A DNA stretch of 64,000 bases from an uncultured Actinomycetota bacterium (lineage in GTDB: Bacteria; Actinomycetota; Actinomycetes; JACCUZ01). The notes under the pieces are model-generated. The model was not told where the DNA came from. It saw nothing but the letters and a program-made list of their open reading frames with translations, and did not search any database. Positions 28,475-43,314 of this stretch are shown here, piece after piece. Every line of letters starts with the position of its first letter. The first letter of the stretch is position 1. The translations under genes and the position numbers were made by a program. Location: positions 800,377 to 864,376 of the forward strand of contig CAVVAH010000008.1 in the NCBI GenBank assembly GCA_963746175.1, given 5' to 3'.

Positions 28475-29536
28475 ATGGACCCGGACATATCGGATGCCGA
28501 ACGTCTCAGTCGCGGGAAAGGGGTCGCTGAGCGGGGGAGGCTGCCCCTACGGTCGTCCGCCGTGACGACCTCCAGCCGCCCCACGATCCGCCCGTTCGAC
28601 GCTGCCGACGTGCCTGCGGCGGGCCGGCTGCTGGCCGAGCGGCACGCCGCGCACCGCCGGGACGAGCCGCTGCTCGCCGCGCGGTTCGAGGACCCGGCGG
28701 TCGCTGCCACCGAGGTGGAGGCGCTGGTCGACGCCGGCGCCACCGGTGCGGTGGCCGAGGCCGACGGGGAGCTGGTCGGCTACCTGGTCGGCCGGCACAA
28801 GCCGGTCGCGACGTGGGGCGCCAACCGCTGGGTCGAGGACGCCGGCCACGCCGTCCGCGACGCCGAGCTGGCCCGCGACCTCTACGCGGTCGCGGCGACC
28901 GGCTGGGTCGCCGAGGGACACGACGTGCACTACGCGCTCGTCCCGGCGCACGACGCGGCGCTGGTCGACGCGTGGTTCCGGCTCGGGTTCGGGCAGCAGC
29001 ACGTCCACGCGCTGCGCGAGCTCCCGACCGAGCCCTCGACGACACCGGACGGGGTCACGGTGCGGGCCGCCGAGCGGAGCGACATCCCGGTGCTGGGCCG
29101 GCTCGACCTCGTGCTGCCGGAGCACCAGGGCCTCGCCCCGACGTTCTCCTCCGGCGAGGTCCCGTCGCTGGAGGAAGCGGTGGCGGAGTGGGAGGAGTCC
29201 TTCGACGACGACGGCTTCGGCTTCCTCGTCGCCGAGCACGGCGGCGAGGTCGTCGGCGCGGCGGTCGCGTGCGCGCTGGAGAAGTCGTCGAGCAACACCG
29301 CCCTGATGCGACCCGACCACGCGGGCTTCCTCGGCTTCGCCGCGGTGCTCCCCGAGGCGCGCGGGCTCGGCGCCGGCCGGGCGCTCGGCGAGGCGGTGCA
29401 CGACTGGTGCGTCGCCCAGGGGTTCACCAGCCTGGCGACCGACTGGCGCGCGACCAACCTGCTGTCGTCGCGCACCTGGACGCGGCTCGGCTACCGCCCG
29501 GCATTCCTGCGGCTGCACCGCCGGCTGGGCTACTGA
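28475..29536 (+). CDS. tandem-GNAT N-acetyltransferase (MshD-like architecture)
   Basis: Two acetyltransferase halves. The second has ARGLGAGRALGEAV...RLGYR. Probable GTG start near 28562. Confidence 0.6.
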   Translation: MDPDISDAERLSRGKGVAERGRLPLRSSAVTTSSRPTIRPFDAADVPAAGRLLAERHAAHRRDEPLLAARFEDPAVAATEVEALVDAGATGAVAEADGELVGYLVGRHKPVATWGANRWVEDAGHAVRDAELARDLYAVAATGWVAEGHDVHYALVPAHDAALVDAWFRLGFGQQHVHALRELPTEPSTTPDGVTVRAAERSDIPVLGRLDLVLPEHQGLAPTFSSGEVPSLEEAVAEWEESFDDDGFGFLVAEHGGEVVGAAVACALEKSSSNTALMRPDHAGFLGFAAVLPEARGLGAGRALGEAVHDWCVAQGFTSLATDWRATNLLSSRTWTRLGYRPAFLRLHRRLGY

Positions 29537-29659
29537 TCCTCCGGGCGCTGGATGATCACCAACAACCACGGTCCGGTGATCATGCAGCCGGGGACATGAC
29601 TGCAGGTGCGGTGTGGCCAGGTCAGAGCGGCTGCGGAAGCGTCTGCGCCCCTCGGCCGC

Positions 29660-29790
29660 CGTCCGCATCGTGGAATCGAGGAAAGTGGCCCCGCTGCGGG
29701 TGCGGATTCCGGGTCCCTGGCGGGGCCACTTGGCCGAGTCCCAGACTGCGCCCACGATGCGGACGGCGAGCAACCCTCGTCCTTCCTGGC
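29660..29790 (+). repeat. intergenic hairpin-plus-tail repeat element, copy A of the aagtggccccgc subfamily
   Basis: gaaagtggccccgctg ... ggcggggccactt ... gatgcggacggcgagcaaccctcgtccttcc. Aligns with the copies at 34750 and 43086. Confidence 0.6.
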
Positions 29791-29883
29791 CGCCTTTGAC
29801 CTGAGGGATCCTTCCGGCACTTCCGCCGCCGACGACAACGGACGCGAGCGCGAGCCACCCAGCCCATGACCTAGGTTGCGCGG

Positions 29884-30855
29884 ATGGTCGAGACCGCGCT
29901 GCCCGTCGCCGTCTCGGAACCGGACCGGCAGCGCAACCCCGCGCGCGGCTACGTCTACCTGGTGGTGGCGGCCGCTCTGTTCGCCCTCAACGGCACCGTG
30001 TCGAAGGTGATCCTCGCCAGCGGCATGACGGCGATGCGGCTCACCGAGCTGCGCTGCGCCGGCGCGGCCCTCGGCCTCGGGCTGGTCCTGCTCGTCGTCG
30101 CGCCCGGCAGGCTGCGGGTCTCCCGGTCCGAGCTCCCGCTGCTGGCGGCGTACGGCGTGGCAGGGGTGGCGCTGACCCAGTGCTTCTACTTCGTCGCCAT
30201 CGCACGGATGCCGGTGAGCATCGCGCTGCTGCTGGAGTACACCGCCGTCCTCATGGTCGCGTTGTGGGCGCGGTTCGTCATGCACCAGCCGGTCCGGAAC
30301 CGGGTCTGGGCCGCCCTCGCCCTGTCCCTCACCGGGCTGGCCTTCGTCGCGGAGATCTGGACCGGAGGTGGCCTGGACGGCTTCGGTGTGGCCGCTGCGC
30401 TCGGCGCCGCGGTCGCGCTGGCCGCCTACTACCTGCTCGGCGAGCACAGCGCGAACCACCGTGACCCCCTGTCGACGACGTTCTGGGCGTTCGTGTTCGC
30501 CACGTTGCTGTGGTCGGTCGTCCAGCCCTGGTGGGACTTCCCGGTCGACGCGACGAAGGGCAGCGCGTCGCTGCTCGGCAACCTCGACGACCGGACCCTC
30601 CCGGTCTGGGTGCTCATGACGTCGATGGTGGTGCTGGGCACGATCGTGCCGTTCGTGCTCGTGCTGTCGGGGCTTCACCACCTGCCGGCGACACGGGTCG
30701 GGATGGTGGGCATGCTGGAGCCGGTGCTCGCCGGTGTCATCGCGTGGGCCTGGCTGGCCGAGGCGCTCAGCCCGCTGCAGCTGGTCGGTGCCGTGGTCGT
30801 GCTGGTGGGCATCGTGCTCGCCCAGACGGCGCGCGCCGACCCGCCGCCGGCCTGA
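29884..30855 (+). CDS. EamA/DMT superfamily transporter
   Basis: Ten TM helices, two EamA repeats. Confidence 0.7.
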   Translation: MVETALPVAVSEPDRQRNPARGYVYLVVAAALFALNGTVSKVILASGMTAMRLTELRCAGAALGLGLVLLVVAPGRLRVSRSELPLLAAYGVAGVALTQCFYFVAIARMPVSIALLLEYTAVLMVALWARFVMHQPVRNRVWAALALSLTGLAFVAEIWTGGGLDGFGVAAALGAAVALAAYYLLGEHSANHRDPLSTTFWAFVFATLLWSVVQPWWDFPVDATKGSASLLGNLDDRTLPVWVLMTSMVVLGTIVPFVLVLSGLHHLPATRVGMVGMLEPVLAGVIAWAWLAEALSPLQLVGAVVVLVGIVLAQTARADPPPA

Positions 30856-30857
30856 CG

Positions 30858-31504
30858 TCAGCCGGGCAGGTCGAACAGCGGCAGCGCGGCGTCGAGGCCC
30901 TCGACGCGCACGTCCGGGCCACCGCCGGCAGCGACCCAGTCGGCCAGGGTCATCCGGAGGTGCAGGAGCGTGTCGACGCCGTCGGTGTCCTCGCGGGCCA
31001 TCAATGACTCGCCGTTGGGCCGGTAGCCGAGGGCTCGCGAGACACCGAGCGAGCCGTGGTTGTCGTGCCACGCCGACGTGATCGCGGCCTGCGCGCCGAG
31101 GTGGTCGAACGCCAGCGCCAGGACGGCTCGCCGCATGGCTTTCCCGACCCCGGTCCCGCGCACCTCGGGTGCCAGCCAGGACGACGTGTCGACCGTCCGC
31201 ACCGTGCGGAAGTCCGGCCCCTCGAGCCCCTGGAGGCCGAGCACCTGACCGTCGCGGCGGACCGTGAAGTAGACCTCCCAGTCGTCGGGCGACCAGCCGC
31301 CCATGGACTTCCAGTACTCCTGGTGCACGACGGCGCCGCGCCAGGTGCGGTCCGGCAGTCCCGGGTACCGGGTCGCCTTGGGGTTCAGCTCCAGGTCGTC
31401 CGGGACGACGGACGCGACCTCGTCGAGGTCGGCCTCGGTCATGGCGGTGAGGACCAGGTCCCCGGTCGTCAGGCGCAGCCCGTGCAACGGCCACCATCGT
31501 GAGC
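30858..31504 (-). CDS. GNAT family N-acetyltransferase
   Basis: RGTGVGKAMRRAVLALAF...ALGYR motif. The GTG start overlaps the ppx stop (GTGA). Confidence 0.65.
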
Positions 31505-32446
31505 TCACGACGCCGCACCGTCGGTCAGGGACCAGGCGATGCCGTCGAGGATGTCGTGCTCGGAGACGACGACGTCCTCGACCGGAACGTGCTCCAGCAG
31601 GACGGCCAGCACGAGGGCGCCGGCGCCGATCACGTCGACGCGGCCGGGGTGCATGAAGGGCAGCGCCGCCCGCTCCCCGTGGCTCATCGACAGCAGGCGG
31701 TCGGCGACCCGGTGGACGTCTGCTGACGCGATCCGGGCGTGATGGATGCGGTCCCGGTCGTACGTCGGGAGGTCCAGGGCCATCGCCGCGACCGTCGTGA
31801 CCGAGCCGGCGAGTCCGACGAGGGTGCGGGCGTCGGCGAGCGGCACCGTCTCGGCGGCCAGGCGGACGGCCGCCTCGATGTCGGCGCGGGTCGCGGCGAC
31901 CTGGGCCGGCGTCGGCGGGTCGTCGTGCAGGTGCCGCTCGGTCATCCGCACGCAGCCCACGTCGACCGACCGGGCCGCGGTGGGCGCCGCACCCGGCGTC
32001 CCGAGGACCAGCTCGGTCGAGCCGCCGCCGATGTCGGTGACGAGGAACGGCTCGGCCAACCCCGACCCGGTCAGCTCGCGCGTCGCGCCGGTGAAGGACA
32101 GCGTCGCCTCCTCGTCGCCGGTGACGACCTCGGGCTCGACGCCGAGACGCTCGCGGACCCCGGCGACGAACTCGTCGCGGTTCTCGACGTCGCGGGAGGC
32201 GGAGGTGGCGACGAACCGGAGCCGTTCCGCCCCGGCGTCGCGCACAGCCGCGGCATAGTCGTCGCAGGCGGCGAAGGTCCGCGCCAGCGCGTCGGGCGCG
32301 AGCCGGCGGGTGCGGTCGACGTCCTGGCCGAGCCGGACGATCGTCATCCGCCGGTCGACGTCGGTCAGGGTGGACGCGGCCGGGTCGAGGTCGGCGACGA
32401 GCAGCCGGATCGAGTTGGTGCCGCAGTCGACGGCCGCCACTCTCAT
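31505..32446 (-). CDS. ppx: Ppx/GppA family exopolyphosphatase
   Basis: MRVAAVDCGTNSIRLLV and DIGGGSTE actin-like ATPase motifs. The ATG overlaps the upstream stop (ATGA). Confidence 0.85.
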   Translation of the reverse strand: MRVAAVDCGTNSIRLLVADLDPAASTLTDVDRRMTIVRLGQDVDRTRRLAPDALARTFAACDDYAAAVRDAGAERLRFVATSASRDVENRDEFVAGVRERLGVEPEVVTGDEEATLSFTGATRELTGSGLAEPFLVTDIGGGSTELVLGTPGAAPTAARSVDVGCVRMTERHLHDDPPTPAQVAATRADIEAAVRLAAETVPLADARTLVGLAGSVTTVAAMALDLPTYDRDRIHHARIASADVHRVADRLLSMSHGERAALPFMHPGRVDVIGAGALVLAVLLEHVPVEDVVVSEHDILDGIAWSLTDGAAS

Positions 32447-32945
32447 GCGTCGTCCCCGGGCACCGAGACGCAGGGACCGTTGCGCCACCACTCGGGCAGG
32501 GCTGCGAGCGCCTCGTCGCCGAGCGGGTTGGCCCCCGGGCCTTCGGCCAGCGACTGGGCGACGAGCACGTGCAGGCACTTGACCCGGTCCGGCATGCCGC
32601 CGGCCGAGGTCCCGGCGATCTCCGGCACCGCCTCGACAGCGTCGCGCTGCGCCAGGTAGCGCTCGTGCGCTCCTCGGTAGGCCGCACGCAGGCCGTCGTC
32701 GACCGCGAGCCGATCGGTCATCTCGCGCATCGTGCCGTCGGCCTCGAGCGTGCCGACGGCCCCGGCCGCGCGTGGGCAGGTGAGGTACCAGAACGTCGGG
32801 AACGGCGTGCCGTCGGGCAGCCGCGGCGCGGTCTCGACGACGTCGGGGTTGCCGCACGGGCACCGGTGCGCCACCCGGACCACGCCACGCATCTCGCGGC
32901 CGAGCTGCGCGGCCATCGCGTCGAGGTCGCGACGGTCGGGCTCGG

Positions 32946-32949
<4 letters not shown>
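32443..32949 (-). CDS. DUF501 domain protein
   Basis: CPCGNP...FPTFWYLTCP motif. GTGA overlap with the ftsB-like stop. Conserved actinobacterial eno-ftsB-DUF501-ppx neighbourhood. Confidence 0.7.
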
Positions 32950-34684
<1,735 letters not shown>

Positions 34685-34749
34685 TCAGGCTACCGGCGGC
34701 GCGCCGTCCAGCCACTTGCCCCACGCGGCCCTTCCCGCCGTTCTCGAGC

Positions 34750-34860
34750 CGAGCGGCCCCGCCAGCAGCGTGGAATCCACGACTCCAGCGGGGCCACTTC
34801 GCTCGTTCCACGGACAGCGCTCAGCATGCGGACGGTCGGTCGCCGCATCCTCCTCCGGGC
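34750..34860 (+). repeat. intergenic hairpin-plus-tail repeat element, copy B
   Basis: gagcggccccgcc...cgtggaatccacgactccagcggggccacttcgctc...gctcagcatgcggacggtcggtcgccgcatcctcctcc. Confidence 0.6.
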
Positions 34861-34912
34861 GCTGTTGATCTGGCGGCCACCGCACATGGCCCCGAGGGCC
34901 CCCACCACCTGC

Positions 34913-36568
34913 CTACAAGTCCAGCAGCGTCCGCAGGTGGCGGGGTGCGGGCGAGCCGTGGGCGAGCATGGCGTCGTGCCGGCCCCGCACCGACAGCTCC
35001 GGCCGGGCGGTGGCCAGGTCGCGCGCCACGTCGGACACCTCGACGTAGCCGACGTAGTACGTCGACAGCTGGGCGCTGGAGAGCAGGGCGCGCCGCCACT
35101 TCCCGGCGGCCTCACCCTCCTCCTGGTGGCCACGCACCATCATCAGCCGCATCGCCTCGTCCTCGGTCATCCCATGGGCGTGGACCCGGGCGTCCAGGAT
35201 CGCGTTGATGGTCATCCGCAGCTGCATCTTGAGCTGCTGCATCCGCAACGCGTCGTTCAGGCCCTCCTCGGCGCGGTAGCCGGCGTCGACCATCAGCTCC
35301 TCGGCGTACACCGCCCAGCCCTCCACGAACGACCCGCTCCACAGCGCTTTGCGCACGGGAACCGGCGACTCGTAGCGCGCGTTGTGCGCGAGCTGCAGCA
35401 CGTGGCCGGGCATCGCCTCGTGGACCGTGAGGTTCTGCAGCATGTGCGCGTTGTACTCGCGGAAGAACGACGCCACCCGCTCCTCGGACCAGTCCGCGGG
35501 GGTCGGCGACACGGCGAAGTACGTCGGCAGCAGCGTCGTCTCTAGCGGCCCGGGCGGATCGCAGTAGGCGACCGCGACTCCCCGGTGGATCTCCGGCATC
35601 ACGATCACCTCGACGGGGTCGTCGTGGACCGTGACCAGGTCCTGGGCGCGCACGAACTCGGTGGCGTGCGCCATCGCGTCGACGCAGAGCCCGACGATGC
35701 TGGCGTCGTCGACGTGGCCCTCGGTGGCGAGCCGGTCGAGCACCCGGCGGACCCGGCCCTCGGCGTCGCCGGCGTCGAGCCGGGCCGCGGTCTCCTCGAT
35801 CTGCGCCTCGACCCTTTCGAGGTCGGCCTCGGCGCGTGCCAGGACTGCATCGGCGTCGCTGGCCGTGTCGAGGGTCAGTGCCAGCTTGCGGGAGAACAGG
35901 TCTGCGCCGAGTCGCGGGTCCCGGTCAGCGTTCTCGAGCCGGGCCTGCAGCCACTCGATGTGCTCGTCCAGCGCGGTCACGGCGGCGTCGCGGGCCGGCT
36001 CGACCTCGGCCCGCAGCGACGGCTCGTCGCCCAGTGCGCGTTCGAGCTCGGTCGCGATCAGGGTGCGAGTTCCGGTGAACTGGCCGATGGCGGTCTCGAC
36101 GTGCACCCTCGGCATCGCCCCGAGCGTGGCGCGTGCCTGACTGAGCCGCTCCGGCACCGCGGCCAGCCGGCCGGCGGCCGACCGCAGCCGGTCGCCGAGC
36201 GGCGCGAAGTCGCGCGTCAGCACGGTGTAGATCGCCGTGCCGGGGTTGGCGACGAGGGCGTCCCACTCGGTGTCGCGCAGTGACTCGAGGTCCAGCAGTC
36301 GGGAGCGCAGCGCGGTCCGCACGATCTCGACGTCGACCCGGTCGGCCACGGCGAGGGCGTCGTCGCCGACCGACTCCAGGTCTCCCAGTCGGCGACCGGC
36401 CCAGGCCAGCTCCTCCGCCCGGGCGCTCTCGCCCTGGTCGCCGAGCCGGTCGTCGAAGCGGTGGTCGCCCAGGATCGTGGCCCACTCGGGGTGCCGCTCG
36501 AGCAGCTCGTCCAGGACCGCCGAGGTCAGCCGGTGGACGTCGGTGGCGATGCGGGTCTGCTCTGTCAC
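34913..36568 (-). CDS. DUF885 family protein (HEXXH metallopeptidase-like)
   Basis: 551 aa. HEAMPGHVLQ zinc-binding motif. Confidence 0.7.
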   Translation of the reverse strand: MTEQTRIATDVHRLTSAVLDELLERHPEWATILGDHRFDDRLGDQGESARAEELAWAGRRLGDLESVGDDALAVADRVDVEIVRTALRSRLLDLESLRDTEWDALVANPGTAIYTVLTRDFAPLGDRLRSAAGRLAAVPERLSQARATLGAMPRVHVETAIGQFTGTRTLIATELERALGDEPSLRAEVEPARDAAVTALDEHIEWLQARLENADRDPRLGADLFSRKLALTLDTASDADAVLARAEADLERVEAQIEETAARLDAGDAEGRVRRVLDRLATEGHVDDASIVGLCVDAMAHATEFVRAQDLVTVHDDPVEVIVMPEIHRGVAVAYCDPPGPLETTLLPTYFAVSPTPADWSEERVASFFREYNAHMLQNLTVHEAMPGHVLQLAHNARYESPVPVRKALWSGSFVEGWAVYAEELMVDAGYRAEEGLNDALRMQQLKMQLRMTINAILDARVHAHGMTEDEAMRLMMVRGHQEEGEAAGKWRRALLSSAQLSTYYVGYVEVSDVARDLATARPELSVRGRHDAMLAHGSPAPRHLRTLLDL

Positions 36569-36665
36569 GGCGGCGACCCTAACCGGCGTCGGCGCCCTGT
36601 TCGGTCACCCTCCGGTCACGATGTCCCGGAGCCGGGTGGCCCGGCCGCCAGCTCTCGAGACGGGT

Positions 36666-37562
36666 TCAGGTCGGACCGTCAGCCGGCAAGTCCGCCACCC
36701 GGCCCAGCTCGTCCGGGAGAGGGCCGACCGACGACTCGCCGTGGCGGACGCTCGTGCGCCGGTGCACGCGGCGGAGATCCACGGTTCTGCTCCCGGGGTC
36801 CGGGTCGACCTGCTCTGCCGCCGCCCGCTCCGCCTCAGCGCGCTCGCGAGCCTCATGGGCCATCCAGGCCGCCTCGGCTCGCTGCGCCCTGGCCTCCCGT
36901 GCGGCCAGCCGCTCGGCCGCCAGTTCGGCCTCCGCCCTCGCCAGCGCCGAGCGATGCTCCGCCTCGGCAGCCAGCTCGTGGCGGGGGTCGCCTGGGCTCG
37001 AGGCCAGGTGCGCCCGGTCGACGTGCGCACGGGCCTCGGCGGCGGCCGCCACCTCGCGCTCGCGGGTCCGCTGCTGACGTTCCCGCGACCGGGCGTACGC
37101 CTGCTCACGCTCCTGGCGGCTGCGCTCGTCCTGGAGGAGCGCGGCGCGGACTGCAGCCTCCTCGTACGCCGCGGCCTCAGCGCGTTCCCGCGACGTCGGA
37201 CCACCGCCGAGCGCGCCGTCGAGATCCTCGATGGCCGCGATGCGACGCCGCCTGAGCTCGCGCTGGGGCATCCGACGGCGAGCAGACGGGGTCGCCAGCT
37301 CTCGCACCGGCAGCACCGAGAGGACGACGAGGTCGAGGACTGCCCGGCGCGCCTCGTCGCCACGCCTCCAGGCGAACGTCAGCGCCAGTCCGAACAGTGC
37401 CAGGCCGAGGAGGCCGATCATCAGCGCGAGGAGCAGCGTCCACGGCGTGGTCGCGCCGTCAGTCGAGGCGGACCGCAGCAGATCGGGCGATGCATGCGGC
37501 AGCACGAGGCCCGCGGACGCCATCGGCGCGGCCGCGCGTGCGGACGTACGACTTCTCGACAC
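36666..37562 (-). CDS. hypothetical membrane-anchored coiled-coil protein (Ala/Arg/Glu-rich)
   Basis: One TM helix (WTLLLALMIGLLGLALFGLALTFAW) then a long charged helical region. Confidence 0.4.
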   Translation of the reverse strand: MSRSRTSARAAAPMASAGLVLPHASPDLLRSASTDGATTPWTLLLALMIGLLGLALFGLALTFAWRRGDEARRAVLDLVVLSVLPVRELATPSARRRMPQRELRRRRIAAIEDLDGALGGGPTSRERAEAAAYEEAAVRAALLQDERSRQEREQAYARSRERQQRTREREVAAAAEARAHVDRAHLASSPGDPRHELAAEAEHRSALARAEAELAAERLAAREARAQRAEAAWMAHEARERAEAERAAAEQVDPDPGSRTVDLRRVHRRTSVRHGESSVGPLPDELGRVADLPADGPT

Positions 37563-37610
37563 ACGATCTCCCGTAGGCAGTCCCCTGCCCTGACCGTCAG
37601 GGTAAGGCTC

Positions 37611-38612
37611 TCAGGGCTCGCGTGGAGGGGAGTCACCCGATCGGCCCTTCAGCTCCGCCGTCCGTACGCGAGCGGCGAACCGGCGGGCCGCGGCGCGCAG
37701 CTCGGACTCCGGGTCCAGCCCGGCGGCCCGGGCCTCGACGGCCAGCAGCATCAGCCGGTCCCCCACGGTGTCGCCGTCGGACGGGTCGACGTGGACGCCG
37801 TTCTTCTCGGCCCGGTGCACCAGCTTGGTGGCGAGCGACAGGGCGGGCAACGCCATCGGCACGCCGTCCACCGCGGAGGCGCGGCCCTTCTCGGTCGCCT
37901 TCTGCCGCTCCCAGCCCGCCTCGACGTCGGCGGCGGTCTCGGCGGTGGTGGAGCCGAAGACGTGCGGGTGGCGGCGTACCAGCTTGTCGACGATGCCCTC
38001 GGCGACGTCGTCGACCGACCACGGGTCGTCCGCGTCCTCGCCGGCGATCCGCGCGTGGAAGACGACCTGCAGCAGCAGGTCACCGAGCTCCTCGCGCAGG
38101 TGCTCGCGGTCGCCGGTCTCGATCGCCTCGAGGGTCTCGTAGGTCTCCTCGACGAGGTACGTCGCCAGCGAGGCGTGAGTCTGCTCGGCATCCCACGGGC
38201 AGCCGCCGGGTGAGCGCAGCCGGTCCATCACGGCGACCAGGTCGAGCAGACGGGCCCCGGGCAGGTCGTAGGAGCCGGGCAGCACCTCGAGCTCGACCGC
38301 GGCGGCGCCGCCCTCGAGCAGCTCGCCGATCGCCAGGCCGAGCCGAGGGTCGCCGTCGGCCCCGACCAGCCACACGACGGTCCCGCCCGAGGCGCGGTCG
38401 AGCAGCTCGGCCGCGAGGGCACGGTCGTCGGAGGCGGACGGGGCGCCGACCTCGACACCCTCGGCCTCGACGTACGGCGTCAGCGGGTGGCCCGGCGCCG
38501 CCAGCACCAGGGCACCGGATCGCAGCACGTCCCAGGCGGCGGCGGCGAGCAGGCCGGGGGCGACCCGGGGCGACGTGGGGAGCAGGACCAGCCGGCCGGT
38601 CACGGCGGCCAC
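37611..38612 (-). CDS. mazG: MazG nucleoside triphosphate pyrophosphohydrolase
   Basis: EETYETLEAIE...LREELGDLLLQVVFHA MazG motif. Lies downstream of mfd, as is typical. Confidence 0.8.
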   Translation of the reverse strand: MAAVTGRLVLLPTSPRVAPGLLAAAAWDVLRSGALVLAAPGHPLTPYVEAEGVEVGAPSASDDRALAAELLDRASGGTVVWLVGADGDPRLGLAIGELLEGGAAAVELEVLPGSYDLPGARLLDLVAVMDRLRSPGGCPWDAEQTHASLATYLVEETYETLEAIETGDREHLREELGDLLLQVVFHARIAGEDADDPWSVDDVAEGIVDKLVRRHPHVFGSTTAETAADVEAGWERQKATEKGRASAVDGVPMALPALSLATKLVHRAEKNGVHVDPSDGDTVGDRLMLLAVEARAAGLDPESELRAAARRFAARVRTAELKGRSGDSPPREP

Positions 38613-38622
38613 CGCGGCGCCG

Positions 38623-39249
38623 TCAGCCCTGGTCGCGGAGCTGGTCGGCGGTCGAGGCCAGGCCGCCGCTGACCAGCGGCTGGATCCCGTTGCGCGTGCT
38701 CCAGGTGCCGTAGCGCGGGTTGACCCGGATGTCCATGGCGTGACCGGTCGCGATGAGCGCCTTCGTCGTCGCCGCGACGCTGGCCTGCGACTGGGGGTCG
38801 CCGCCGACCGCGAGCCTGGCCGCGATCCGGCGGTACAGCACCTGGTCCTTGAACCAGCGGTCGATGCCGGACGGGGCCAGGATCACCGGCGACTGGCCGG
38901 CGGCCAGCTGGCGGAGCAGGCCCGAACGGCCGCCGACGCTCGGCAGCAGGTCGTCGCGCTGCTTCGCCACGGCCGCGGGGCTGGCGTGCACGCCGACCTT
39001 GCGCGCCGCGGCCGAGATGATGCGGGACAGGATCTCCCGCTGCAGGAGCGCTCGCTGCACCTCCCCGGTGTCGGCACCCGGCACGGTCTTGACGTACGCC
39101 CGGGTGTCCGCCTGCAGGTCGTCGGTGGAGATCTGGTGACCGTCGATGACGGCGGCCGAGCCGAGCCGCTCCCCGGCGCCGCAGCCGGCGAGGCCGGTGA
39201 CGGCCATGCGTGGCGACGGCGATCGCGGCGGCGGTGCGGGTCAGGCGGC

Positions 39250-39259
<10 letters not shown>
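38623..39259 (-). CDS. lipoprotein (SurA N-terminal-like domain) with an apparent frameshift in the signal peptide
   Basis: Lipobox LAGC. The signal peptide MSRLTRTAAAIAVA is in an adjacent frame. Confidence 0.45.
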
Positions 39260-42831
<3,572 letters not shown>

Positions 42832-43085
42832 GGGTGTCGGTCTCCCAGGAGGTCGGAACAGCACAGCAGCCCCGATCCGCAGAGCGGCCGGGGGTCGCTC
42901 CCAGCGTACGTCGGCCCGGGGACAGCGCTCGACCTGCGAGTGAGTCCGTCTCCCGTCGTCGCCGGTGCGGGTCAGAGCGGCCAGGACGACGGGGGCAGGC
43001 GGGTGGCTGCTCGCCGCCCGCGGCTCGGCCGCCGTGCAGGCCTTGCCCGGAGCGGATCCCGTGATGCGGTCGGATGTGGCCCGCC

Positions 43086-43195
43086 TGCTGGTCAAGAGCG
43101 AAGTGGCCCCGCTCCCGTCGTGCATTCCACGACTCCAGCGGGGCCACTTCGCTCTGCCCGCGACGGTGGCTCGGCATGCGGACGGCGAGCAGCCC
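43086..43195 (+). repeat. intergenic hairpin-plus-tail repeat element, copy C, in the mfd/ppc divergent region
   Basis: gagcgaagtggccccgct-N23-agcggggccacttcgctc (18-bp perfect stem), then ggctcggcatgcggacggcgagcagccctcctccc. Confidence 0.65.
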
Positions 43196-43314
43196 TCCTC
43201 CCAAGCAGGTCTGACCCGCACCAACGACGGCGGAACAGGCGCCGACCCCATCCCGGGTCTCGGATCGCGGGCCGCGGCGTCTCGGATCGCGGGCGGCGAC
43301 CTATCGTCGTGCGC

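Noticed and set aside
36237-38213. 658-aa + strand ORF, with other long Arg/Pro/Ala-rich ORFs nearby (e.g. 14277-15845 upstream part, 19546-20652, 22151-23578, 27346-28743)
   Set aside because: These are antisense or alternate-frame shadows of confidently identified genes (DUF885, mazG, thiolase, BI-1, etc.). They have RPAG-biased composition and no motifs.
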